The translations under genes were made by a program, and so were the position numbers. A stretch of 64,000 bases of DNA. Origin: Chitinophagales bacterium (GTDB lineage Bacteria; Bacteroidota; Bacteroidia; Chitinophagales; JADJOU01). The stretch lies in the NCBI GenBank assembly GCA_016787225.1, contig JAEUUY010000026.1:172414-236413 (forward strand). Direction: 5' to 3'. Below the pieces are notes generated by a model that was not told the origin of the DNA, did no database searches, and worked only from the letters and a program-made list of their open reading frames with translations. Each line of letters starts with the position of its first letter. Position 1 is the stretch's first letter. Shown here one piece after another: positions 30,860 to 40,402 of the stretch.

Positions 30860-33142
30860 TTATTCTTGATTTGTGCTCGATTGAGAATAATTCTTCCCTG
30901 TCAATTTTTCCAAGAGTAGAACTCCCATCATATTTTCCAAATTGCCTCCACCAGCACCACCGCCACTGATAAGCGTTTCAGGAATGAGCTTCATTTGGTT
31001 TTGAGCTATTTGCTCTATGATTTTGAGCTGACCGAAGTTATCCTTGCCCATAGCATCCACTTGTAGTTTGTAAGATTCTGCTGTGGACTTACCTTTTTCG
31101 AGGATTATACCAGCTTCTGCGAAACCTGTTTTCTGAATAGCCTCTGCATCCGCACTAGCTTTAAACTTAATTCCTTCTGCGTTGGCAGCTGCTTGTAGTT
31201 TGACTGCTTCTGCTTCACCTTCTGCTTTACGTATGGCAGCATCTGCTAGGTTTTTCGATATATCCACACCTCTTTCAGACTCTACCACTTGCTTTTGCAT
31301 GTCGGCCTGTGCAGTAGCATTTTCGAGTCGCTTACGCTCTTCTTGTGCTTCCATTTGGGTTTTAAAGGTGGCTTTTTCTTGCGTTGCGATTTGTCTATCC
31401 GTCACTGTTTTGGTCAGTTCTACAGGCAGTACCACATCGGCTATCATGGTATCCTTGCTTTCAATATGATGAATCTTCAATACGTTTTGAATATGCTCCT
31501 TCGCCCTTTGCTGAATCTCCGAACGCTTGGTATAGAGCTCCAAGGCTTGTACTGCCTGCGCTGCATTCCTAAAGTGTGAACTAATGGCTGGCTCCAATAC
31601 CTGTGAAATCATATTGTCTACCGAACCTAGGTTTGCGACTACCTTAGGTGCATCGGCCATGGCTATATGAATAATCACGCGAACATCCATATTGACATTA
31701 AAGGCATCTGCAGTACGAAGGGTAATGGTTTTCAAATTGGCATCAAAGCGATGTGCACTGGATTCATCATTAGCCCAGCTCAGTAATATCTGTGTGGTAG
31801 GGACAATATCTACCTTGCAAATTTCTAAGTTGAGGGCATGTTTACCCGGACCCAAAGGATCTCTCCATATGCCTCGCAATCCATTTTCTACGATCTTGGC
31901 ATTTACATTGATATCAGAAGTATCCGTTCCTTCTTCACCTACGAAGTTAGTTACTACAGCACATTCACCTATTTGTACCTCTACCATTTTTTGCTTTTTT
32001 ACCTGAGCAAACCATGGATTGATAGCATAAGCACCGGCGCGCAATACGGGAATCTGAAGACCTTTTTGACCACCATTTTTTAAGAAAGCATCGGTATCTT
32101 GGAAATTTTGATGTATTCCCAGTTCTACTTCATCAGCGGCTATCTTACTAGGATCTGAAATTGGTTTACCTTCCAGAATTGTCACGATACCTACTTCATC
32201 CGATTCAATTTTTGTCCATGGCATAGGTTCACTGATTTTGAACAGATTGGTATTGATACGATAGGTACCTGGCATCAAGTGTTGAATTTGGCGACCTTTC
32301 TGACCTCCATTTTGAATAAACACTTCGCCTTTTTCAAAATTAGAATGACCTTCTACCTTATCTGCTAATAATCGTCCATCTGGGAGCTGAGTTCCATCCA
32401 TAGCCGTCACGAGGCAGATATGTCCACCGGGCACTACGGTAGCTTTTTTGACCTCTACGAGAAATAAGTCCGTATTGATACGATACATACCCGGGGTGAG
32501 AATCGCTATTTGCGGACCTTTCTGACCACCGTTTTTGAGAAATTGTTCTCCATTTTGATAAAGATTACAGTCCACTGGATTTGCAAAAATTCTACCCACT
32601 TCCATAGGCTCACCTGCTATAGCTTCTACCATGGCTATTTCATCATCTCCTACCGATACCGCATTGACTACTTTTACATTGAACAAGTGTGGATTGATTC
32701 TATGTTCGCCCGGAGGAATGATACTCACCTGAGGCCCTTTCTGACCACCATTGATAAGAAATTTTTCTCCATCTTGATAGAAATCAGAATCCACCGATGT
32801 AGCCATAAACTGCCCTTGAGGAATAGGACGACCTGTGATAGCATAGACGATACCCACTTGATTATTTTTTATCACCAAATATTTATGCTTAGTAGGTTTA
32901 AAAATAAAGGGAATTAGAAAATGTAATCCTGGTCCCAAAATACGAGCCTGCACACCTACCTCGCCAGCGAGTGCTACGGTACGCCCATCGGGCATTTCCT
33001 TGCCTATCCATCTGCGCTCGAGGGTGGCGAGTTCGTCACCGCCTACATTGACGATAGAATGGTACAAAACAAAAAGAACTAAAAATACTACGATTAGAAT
33101 AGCTAATGTAGAGCCTGAAAATAAGAATGCTAGTATTCCCAT
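30860..33142 (-). CDS. Flotillin-family (SPFH/band-7) membrane protein with four N-terminal ~80 aa tandem repeats
   Basis: N-terminal TM; repeats each carrying NGGQKG(P/R/L)Q...PGxYRIN; SPFH core; C-terminal Ala/Glu-rich coiled coil AEGEAEAVKLQAAANAEGIKFKA and a GGGAGGG tail. Composition clearly more GC-rich than the neighbours. Confidence 0.8.
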   Translation of the reverse strand: MGILAFLFSGSTLAILIVVFLVLFVLYHSIVNVGGDELATLERRWIGKEMPDGRTVALAGEVGVQARILGPGLHFLIPFIFKPTKHKYLVIKNNQVGIVYAITGRPIPQGQFMATSVDSDFYQDGEKFLINGGQKGPQVSIIPPGEHRINPHLFNVKVVNAVSVGDDEIAMVEAIAGEPMEVGRIFANPVDCNLYQNGEQFLKNGGQKGPQIAILTPGMYRINTDLFLVEVKKATVVPGGHICLVTAMDGTQLPDGRLLADKVEGHSNFEKGEVFIQNGGQKGRQIQHLMPGTYRINTNLFKISEPMPWTKIESDEVGIVTILEGKPISDPSKIAADEVELGIHQNFQDTDAFLKNGGQKGLQIPVLRAGAYAINPWFAQVKKQKMVEVQIGECAVVTNFVGEEGTDTSDINVNAKIVENGLRGIWRDPLGPGKHALNLEICKVDIVPTTQILLSWANDESSAHRFDANLKTITLRTADAFNVNMDVRVIIHIAMADAPKVVANLGSVDNMISQVLEPAISSHFRNAAQAVQALELYTKRSEIQQRAKEHIQNVLKIHHIESKDTMIADVVLPVELTKTVTDRQIATQEKATFKTQMEAQEERKRLENATAQADMQKQVVESERGVDISKNLADAAIRKAEGEAEAVKLQAAANAEGIKFKASADAEAIQKTGFAEAGIILEKGKSTAESYKLQVDAMGKDNFGQLKIIEQIAQNQMKLIPETLISGGGAGGGNLENMMGVLLLEKLTGKNYSQSSTNQE

Positions 33143-33769
33143 GTTAGAAAAAATTTAATTGGTTAATAAAAAAGATTGGCAAAATGTTTTATACCGACGA
33201 TACATACTAAAAAGACGAATATAAAATTTCGTATCCTATGTATGTCGGCATTAAACCACAATATTTTTTGCCTAAATTTGATTTGTAAATGGTTTTACCT
33301 GAGTAACAGACCCTAAGTGTAAATCTTAAGAGGTAAAAATGTCTGTCGAATGTTCATAGCATGTAACAATTCGAATGCTAAAAATTAGGTTTTCTTGATG
33401 ACGTTAAATTTAATGAAAAGATTAACATAAGGTGATTTTGAAAAGTTCGAACAGTATGTACGAATTTACTAAATTTAACACCTTTAGCTTTATTTTATCA
33501 TATATAGTTCGTAGTACAAAACAAAGGAGTATTTAATACAACTTAAATAGCTAATCACCAAGAATATACACAAAATGCGAAAGTATCAATTATAAATATA
33601 TACACAAAATATGAAAGCGGTAAAATTTCTCTTTTTAGGATTTTATTTATTCATTATCTTTATCTTAAAATTAAAAACTTAAAATATACCGAAATTAGAA
33701 CTTTCGTATATTTGTCAATTGTATGCAAGCCTATTGACTACCACACTCCGACAAACAGGCAGACAAAAA

Positions 33770-34741
33770 CTAACCGATAAACAGCTGATTTGTGAAAAGA
33801 GAATGTGGAGCGGACACCAAATTAATATCAAACTTTAATGACGGCTCAATTCGGGAACTTGCATTGTGAATACGAAAAGAAATTTGCCAACCTTCATTCA
33901 AAGTGACCAACAAAGTTGTTTTCGAATTTTCTTGATAGACGACTTCAATTAAGCGACTTGGTAATTTCAGCTTTGGAACTTTTGCTTTTGGCTTGATATT
34001 TTCAAAAGGCAAATTCAAAGTTCCGTGTAAATTATATGCCTGAATTTCGACTTTATTACTGCCTTTTATGACTTTGTAGAAGTCTTGGTTTCCAATTAGA
34101 TATTCAATCAATTTTTCTGCAACAACACCAGTATTTTCAGCATCAAGACGCAACAACTCTTTTTTAAATGCATTTAAAATCGGGACATAAACAGACGTAT
34201 GATAATCTCCTAATGTATCCCATTTTTGAGTTGCCTTACTAGCGATTCTTAGCTTCGCTAAATTATCAAATACTGGCTTGACTTCATTGAAATATTCAAC
34301 CGAACAAGGAAAGCCCAACCACTTTTTACCAAAATCAATATCATTTGACAATCGAGAATGTTTAACGGCTCTATGATTATTTTTAGCAGAAATTCCAATC
34401 TCCCATTTCTGTAATGACCTAATCGCTAAAACATCACGAACATCGCCAGTTTGACCCACTTTATCAGACACGATTTCAAGTTGTAAAATATCTTTATCAC
34501 TTATTCCATTTGATAACCGCGGCTCAATATCAAGTAAAAAATTGACAGCAAAACTTGCTATCAAACTGTAATGACTTCTATCCTTTTCGCTAAAACTTAA
34601 AAAACATTTCAATGCAGTTTTGTAAGGGTCATTTTCAACAACCAAAACGGTTGTAAAGGCTTTCAGCCGTTCTAAAAACTCTTTCAATAACGCATATTCA
34701 AAGGCTTTTCCATTTATAGTTTGACTTGCAACTTTTGCCAT
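33770..34741 (-). CDS. Putative type II restriction endonuclease (cognate of the adjacent C5-MTase)
   Basis: 323 aa ORF whose ATG overlaps the MTase stop (TAATG) on the same strand; no recognisable motifs; assignment by context. Confidence 0.4.
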   Translation of the reverse strand: MAKVASQTINGKAFEYALLKEFLERLKAFTTVLVVENDPYKTALKCFLSFSEKDRSHYSLIASFAVNFLLDIEPRLSNGISDKDILQLEIVSDKVGQTGDVRDVLAIRSLQKWEIGISAKNNHRAVKHSRLSNDIDFGKKWLGFPCSVEYFNEVKPVFDNLAKLRIASKATQKWDTLGDYHTSVYVPILNAFKKELLRLDAENTGVVAEKLIEYLIGNQDFYKVIKGSNKVEIQAYNLHGTLNLPFENIKPKAKVPKLKLPSRLIEVVYQENSKTTLLVTLNEGWQISFRIHNASSRIEPSLKFDINLVSAPHSLFTNQLFIG

Positions 34742-35832
34742 TATGCTGTAATACTATTTACTATTTTATTCATTTTTTCACGGACAAGATTTCCATTAAG
34801 AGCATTTGCAAAACCATTAACAGCAATCTTTTTAGACGGCTTTATACTTTTTAAGTCGTCAAGAATTTTTCGTCCCAAAACTTCAGCCATCTTAACTGGG
34901 ACAGCATTCCCAATCATTTTATAACCAGCTACTACACTATTATAATGAAAAACAAAATCATCTGGAAAAGTTTGTATTCTGGCACATTCACGAACACTTA
35001 ACCTTCTATATAAACTTTCTTTTCCCTTTACAAACTCTCGAATATTTTGCTCAATAAATTTCATTTTTGGGGCTTGTGGGTGTAAAGGAGCGTGGCGACC
35101 ACCTGCTTGAATTGTAAAAGAAACTTCATCCCAAGACCTAACTCTATTTCTTGACATAAAAATAGACGAGAAACCACCAATCATATATTCGTGATTTGCG
35201 ACTTTACATTTATTTCCATTGGAATAATTACCTTCCTTTGCCGGCAAGACGTTATCTTTCAAATCGCTGATGACTTTATCAAGTGTTACTTTATTCCCAA
35301 GTGTTGTAGGTTTTGGAAACTCGAATTTTATTCCCAAGTCTTTTCTATAGCCAATAAAGAAAACACGTTTTCTATCTTGTGGGACACCATAATCCGAAAC
35401 ATTCAGTAACTCAAACGACAAATCATAACCAATGTCAGTAAACATTTGCTTTATGTTCGACAACGCTTCTTTGTGTGCAGGCAACAACATTCCCGACACA
35501 TTTTCAGCCAAGAAAAATTTCGGTTTTTTATCCGCAAGTATTCGCATAAACTCATAAAACAACTGACCCCTTTTATCAGCTATTCCACGTTTTGAACCTG
35601 CTTCTGACCAACTTTGACAAGGCGGACCCCCAATTATACCATCGCAATCAGGAACTTCACTTGACGGAATATCAACAATACTTCTTCTATCTAAGACAGT
35701 TTTTATATGGTTTTTCTCAAACGTCTCCCAAATTTCTTTATCGTATTCGTTTGCCCAAACGACATCAAAGCCAGCATTTTTAAAGCCTAAATCTAGACCG
35801 CCAGCACCTGCAAAAAATGAGACTATTTTCAT
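34741..35832 (-). CDS. DNA (cytosine-5)-methyltransferase, M.HaeIII-like
   Basis: Motif [13 protein letters not shown], motif [14 protein letters not shown], motif VI FLAENV, plus [33 protein letters not shown] and [11 protein letters not shown]. Strong resemblance to M.HaeIII (GGCC) from memory; not verified by search. Confidence 0.85.
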   Translation of the reverse strand: MKIVSFFAGAGGLDLGFKNAGFDVVWANEYDKEIWETFEKNHIKTVLDRRSIVDIPSSEVPDCDGIIGGPPCQSWSEAGSKRGIADKRGQLFYEFMRILADKKPKFFLAENVSGMLLPAHKEALSNIKQMFTDIGYDLSFELLNVSDYGVPQDRKRVFFIGYRKDLGIKFEFPKPTTLGNKVTLDKVISDLKDNVLPAKEGNYSNGNKCKVANHEYMIGGFSSIFMSRNRVRSWDEVSFTIQAGGRHAPLHPQAPKMKFIEQNIREFVKGKESLYRRLSVRECARIQTFPDDFVFHYNSVVAGYKMIGNAVPVKMAEVLGRKILDDLKSIKPSKKIAVNGFANALNGNLVREKMNKIVNSITA

Positions 35833-36080
35833 TTACAATTAACTTAAAGTTATGTTGACAAATTTAATTTATTTTGGCTAAATTTCGACCAGTAAAAATG
35901 AATAATTATCAACGGACGACAGAAAGGAGACCAGCTTATAACTGACAGTTTCGTGAAAGTGTGGGTGACGGAGTTCAAAAAATATGCATTATGGTTATGA
36001 AAGTTTGTATATTTGAGTAAAATTCAGTTTGGTTATGCCACACCTTCACGAAGCATGCCGGACGATAGCTGAGATTTATT

Positions 36081-36920
36081 ATGAAACAGCAGACCTTCAA
36101 ATTAGTATTTATTTTATTCCCATTTTTTCTAGGTTGTGGTAATGAAAAACCAAATTCCGAAAACGAGGAATCAATAAAAGCGATACAAACAGAAATTCCT
36201 CTGAGTGTAAAAGAAATGATTACTGAACCCGAAATTTTAAATTCAAATCTTGCAAAAGTTTTTAACCCAGACAGTATTGTAGGAGAAGAACAAATGATTA
36301 AAAGAAGTGTCCTTGGTTTTATAGGAAGTAACTTCCAAAGATTTGAAATTCATTTTACGTCGTTTGAAAAATCAAAAACAGACAACAGAACGTATTTTTT
36401 AAAAGGTAAAACAAGAGTAAAGAATAATATTTGTAATTTTACCGGTGAGTTGAAAATTTCAAACATTGAAATTGGCAAAGATTCCATTCGTCTTTTAGAT
36501 GAAATGGAATACTCAAAAAATCACACACTAATTACAATTACTTCAAAAATCATAATTAAAGAAAGTCCGAATGAAAAACATAGTGGTTACATTGAAGGAA
36601 CTTTATCTACAAGCGCGTTTGCTGACTCAACGAACGAAATTCATTATAACTCATTAGAATTCTTTTCTGATGGCTTCATCAACAATGCTTTTGAAGGCAA
36701 GTGGATTAAGTATAACTCAACCGAAACGAAAATCTGCAATTGGGGAGATTTTAGGATTCCAAAATCTGGTGATCTAGATATTGGGGCAGGTGAATTTAGC
36801 ATAAATGATAAGTATCTTAAAAACGGATGGGAAACATACCGATTACAATTCTATGTAGAGCCAAATAGTAAAGAAATGATAAATGCCCAGATAAGAGAAA
36901 ATGATAAATGGTGGGAATAA
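36081..36920 (+). CDS. Hypothetical lipoprotein (cassette-like ORFan)
   Basis: FILFPFFLGCGNE lipobox; flanked 5-prime and 3-prime by AGATAACTG-type repeat elements. Confidence 0.5.
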   Translation: MKQQTFKLVFILFPFFLGCGNEKPNSENEESIKAIQTEIPLSVKEMITEPEILNSNLAKVFNPDSIVGEEQMIKRSVLGFIGSNFQRFEIHFTSFEKSKTDNRTYFLKGKTRVKNNICNFTGELKISNIEIGKDSIRLLDEMEYSKNHTLITITSKIIIKESPNEKHSGYIEGTLSTSAFADSTNEIHYNSLEFFSDGFINNAFEGKWIKYNSTETKICNWGDFRIPKSGDLDIGAGEFSINDKYLKNGWETYRLQFYVEPNSKEMINAQIRENDKWWE

Positions 36921-37017
36921 AAAAACCTCAGATAACTGGCAGTTTGAAAAAATGCTTGGTGCAGTTTTTTATCGAAGTGTCTGAATTCTAATTATATTTG
37001 TATTTAAGCGAAAAGTC

Positions 37018-37848
37018 GTGCTTCCAAAAACACACTTCTTCAAGCTGCCGAAACGCTTTATCTACAAGCATTTGTGTAACCCCGAAAAAACTATGAATAA
37101 ACTAAAATCTCCAAAATATTTAAGTCTATCTATCGCTCTAATTGGAGTAGTAATTTTATGCTACTCTTTAACTCTTGATTTTTATACAGACCAAAAAGCT
37201 AAAGAAAAACTTGACTCAAGTGCAGAACTATCTACTGATGAAAACGTTTGGAAAGAAAAGTATTACAAAGAAGTAGCAAAACTAGAAACAAGCAAAAGAA
37301 AATTAATGGATATTGGAAGTGGTCTTACAATGTTTGGTTTATCATTACTTATATTCTTTATGCTTAAAAAGTCCGAAAGCATTAGCGATCTAAAATTCAT
37401 ACTAACGTTCTCAAAACTAAAAACTTTCATTCTTGCAAATCTAGTATGGAGTTTAATGCTTCCAGGAACATATTTCTACTATTATTTTCGCGGTATGAGA
37501 AATGATTATCCTTGGTTTGTAGACAGTATTGGCATTCCGATTATGTACCAAACAACAAGTATATTGATGGCATTTATTCCACTCAACATTGTCTTATTCA
37601 TTTCACTTTACAAAACCATACTGCCAACAAATTTGTTTAAAGAACTAACAGCAAAAAGCATATCAGAAAAAGTGTGGGAAGGCTTTTGGGCTTTATTACT
37701 CTTCATAAACATTATAGCATTGATAAGTTTCATTGCCGATGGAGACCATATTTCTATTCCGATAAACTTATTCTTTACATATATAATTCTAACATTAAGA
37801 GCAGGTAAAAAAAATTACTTTCAAATAAACAACAATGCCTGTAGATAA
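37018..37848 (+). CDS. Hypothetical polytopic membrane protein (cassette-like ORFan); true start probably MNKLKSPKYL near 37093
   Basis: Several TM helices; its stop codon TAA lies inside the repeat AGATAACTGCTGGTTTGAAG. Confidence 0.5.
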   Translation: MLPKTHFFKLPKRFIYKHLCNPEKTMNKLKSPKYLSLSIALIGVVILCYSLTLDFYTDQKAKEKLDSSAELSTDENVWKEKYYKEVAKLETSKRKLMDIGSGLTMFGLSLLIFFMLKKSESISDLKFILTFSKLKTFILANLVWSLMLPGTYFYYYFRGMRNDYPWFVDSIGIPIMYQTTSILMAFIPLNIVLFISLYKTILPTNLFKELTAKSISEKVWEGFWALLLFINIIALISFIADGDHISIPINLFFTYIILTLRAGKKNYFQINNNACR

Positions 37849-38087
37849 CTGCTGGTTTGAAGAAAGTCGGGCGGTGTGCTTCAAATAAAATCATGTCTTT
37901 ATGTGAAACTTTATATTTTTGAATAATCGTTATCTATGTGCTTATTTTTGAGGTAATATAAGTTTTTAGACGAACTAAAAACCTAAGAACATAAAACTTG
38001 TAATTATGCAAGTTAAAAGCACCCAGATTAATAAGTGCCTTAAGATTCGTAAGTACAATTATCAATTAAAATTTTTAATATAAAAGC

Positions 38088-38960
38088 ATGGGAACTCCTC
38101 CTTTTTCTAAACTTGTAGCTGGCACCATGTCATGGGGCAGCTGGGGAAAAAACTTAAACTCAAATCAGATGATTCAGCTCATGAATTGCTGTTTGGAAAA
38201 TGAGATAACTACATTTGATCATGCGGATATTTACGGCGGCTATACCACAGAGGCTTCATTTGGAAAGGCATTAAGTGAAAGTAATATCGACCGATCTAAG
38301 ATTCAACTTATTTCAAAGTGCGGTATTCAACTAGAATCCAATGAAAGAGGAAACAAAGTCAAACACTACAATTATTCTAAGCAATACATTATTTGGTCTG
38401 TAGAACAATCCCTTAAAAACCTTGAAACGGACTATCTCGATTTGCTTTTATTACATCGTCCTAGTCCTTTGATGCTTGCAGATGAAATTGCAGAAGCTAT
38501 TGAAGAACTTAGAAAAGATGGAAAAATATTGGATTTTGGCGTTTCTAATTTTACACCGTTTCAATCAGATTTGATAGAGACGAAAATAAAAATAAGTTAT
38601 AATCAAATTCGATTTTCTCTCACTCACTTCGAAGCAATGTTAGACGGAAGTATAGATCATATGCAAGTTCACAATATAAGACCCATGGCGTGGTCACCAA
38701 TGGGGAATATTTTCAAAAATGAAGATGAGAAAGCGAAAAGAGCAAGCAAAAAAGCAAAAGAACTTTCTATAAAATATGATGTACCGATAGAAGTTTTACT
38801 TCTAGCTTGGATTTTAAAACATCCTGCTCGAATATTGCCAGTTTTTGGTACGACCGACCACATGAGAATTAGTCAATTGATGAAAGCAACGACTTTAAAA
38901 TTAGAGGAACAAGATTGGTTCACTTTATGGTCAGAAAGTGCAGGAGTTAGAGTTCCATAA
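38088..38960 (+). CDS. Aldo/keto reductase family oxidoreductase
   Basis: GTMSWGSWGKN...FDHADIYGGYTTEASFGKAL and LHRPSPL patterns of the AKR family. Confidence 0.8.
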   Translation: MGTPPFSKLVAGTMSWGSWGKNLNSNQMIQLMNCCLENEITTFDHADIYGGYTTEASFGKALSESNIDRSKIQLISKCGIQLESNERGNKVKHYNYSKQYIIWSVEQSLKNLETDYLDLLLLHRPSPLMLADEIAEAIEELRKDGKILDFGVSNFTPFQSDLIETKIKISYNQIRFSLTHFEAMLDGSIDHMQVHNIRPMAWSPMGNIFKNEDEKAKRASKKAKELSIKYDVPIEVLLLAWILKHPARILPVFGTTDHMRISQLMKATTLKLEEQDWFTLWSESAGVRVP

Positions 38961-39114
38961 TCTATAGACTAACCATAAAGAAGTTGATATTAGTTGCTAT
39001 TAAAGGCTAGTATGCATCTATATAGTTGACAAGTTGAGGCGGTATATCAAGACTACGAAATGTAAATACCGAAATAGAGTGATTGAAACTGACTACCGAC
39101 TACTAATAACTAAA

Positions 39115-40386
39115 TCACTTCATCGCTTTCCATGTCTGTTCTCCTATAATTTTTCCCATGCGTTCGCCTTCACGCAGAGCTGTATGGATGTGTATGCCTC
39201 CGTAGAAACGTGAAATGGAAGCTTCCTTAGCTGCTTGTCGGAAATTAAGAAAGCTACGCGGTTTCATGCCCAGCATTTTTTGAGAGTTATCGGTAAATTT
39301 TCCAACCTTAGGTATACATAAATCTAAAACGGTAGCTACCGCACCTGATACCGTGCTATGTCCGCTCGTGTATTCTGGAAAAGGTGGAGTCTCTATGAGC
39401 GGTTTAAAGTCTGGGTCTATCAGGCGATGGATGTAGGTCTCTGGTCGAATGGTATTCAACTTATACTTGACATTCCAGCAATTGATAAAAGCGTCATAGG
39501 CAGCTACACATACGCGGGTATAAATAATCGATGACTGTTCATTTGTCATTTTTTTTTTCTGTAGTATCTGACCTGTCAGTTTTAGCCAATGTCCCAATGG
39601 AGAAGGCTTTTTCTCTACATACATCGTATGACCCTTGCTATGGGTTGTGGCAGGATTATCATCCCAGTAGAGGGCTATTTCTTTCTCTTTATCAGTTAAG
39701 GTTTTCCACTTTTGATAGACAGAGTCCATGAGTAGATAACATCTCGATTTTTTATCTTCGCTGTAATAATCATGTTGGCGAAAAGCTATAAATGAATCTT
39801 TAGGCAATACGACCTGTCTAATCATATACCAATTGGGTTCTAAGCCATTTTTGTACTCAGGAGGGGTCTGCTGCCATGCACCAGCACTATCTGATAAGAC
39901 GTAACGCTGCAACGTACGGGTATAGCCATAATTATCTCCTTTGCTCCATTCTATGACATGGGTGGCTACTTTCTCTCCATATGCTATTGAATTTTTTACC
40001 AATTCTTGATCTTGTCTCTTGCCCCATCGAGTCTGGCGTTCACTTATAAAAGCATTTAAAAAATCTTCTGTATAGATATAGCTTATGCCAGTCTTGACAA
40101 AGGCGACTGTAGCTGCAATGTCATAATCAATCTTCTGGATAGGAGCCTCTATTGCAGGCATATGGGAAAATTTAGAAAATGATTTTATATCTTTATTCCT
40201 TTTAGCATAAACCTCATAAGCGGCAGCATTGGCATTGAGGTGAATTCTACTAGCTACAGGCGGAGAGAACAAGTCTTCCATAATCGTTTTTATCAGCACC
40301 TCATTGCACTCTACCATGGTATTCTGTGCTCTCGCATGCAGACTAAGCAGAAATAGAAAAAAGAAATAACATAATTTACTGCGCAT
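39115..40386 (-). CDS. PAP2-like vanadium-dependent haloperoxidase / acid phosphatase family protein
   Basis: PEYTSGHSTVSGAVATVL ... GGIHIHTALREGERMG C-terminal PAP2 motif set; signal peptide. Confidence 0.7.
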   Translation of the reverse strand: MRSKLCYFFFLFLLSLHARAQNTMVECNEVLIKTIMEDLFSPPVASRIHLNANAAAYEVYAKRNKDIKSFSKFSHMPAIEAPIQKIDYDIAATVAFVKTGISYIYTEDFLNAFISERQTRWGKRQDQELVKNSIAYGEKVATHVIEWSKGDNYGYTRTLQRYVLSDSAGAWQQTPPEYKNGLEPNWYMIRQVVLPKDSFIAFRQHDYYSEDKKSRCYLLMDSVYQKWKTLTDKEKEIALYWDDNPATTHSKGHTMYVEKKPSPLGHWLKLTGQILQKKKMTNEQSSIIYTRVCVAAYDAFINCWNVKYKLNTIRPETYIHRLIDPDFKPLIETPPFPEYTSGHSTVSGAVATVLDLCIPKVGKFTDNSQKMLGMKPRSFLNFRQAAKEASISRFYGGIHIHTALREGERMGKIIGEQTWKAMK

Positions 40387-40402
40387 AAACTAATTTTGTA
40401 AA

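Noticed and set aside
31182-32917. Five antisense ORFs (81-135 aa) inside the flotillin gene
   Set aside because: Stop-codon-poor antisense frames caused by the higher GC of this gene; no independent signals; the flotillin frame is continuous with a clear domain structure.
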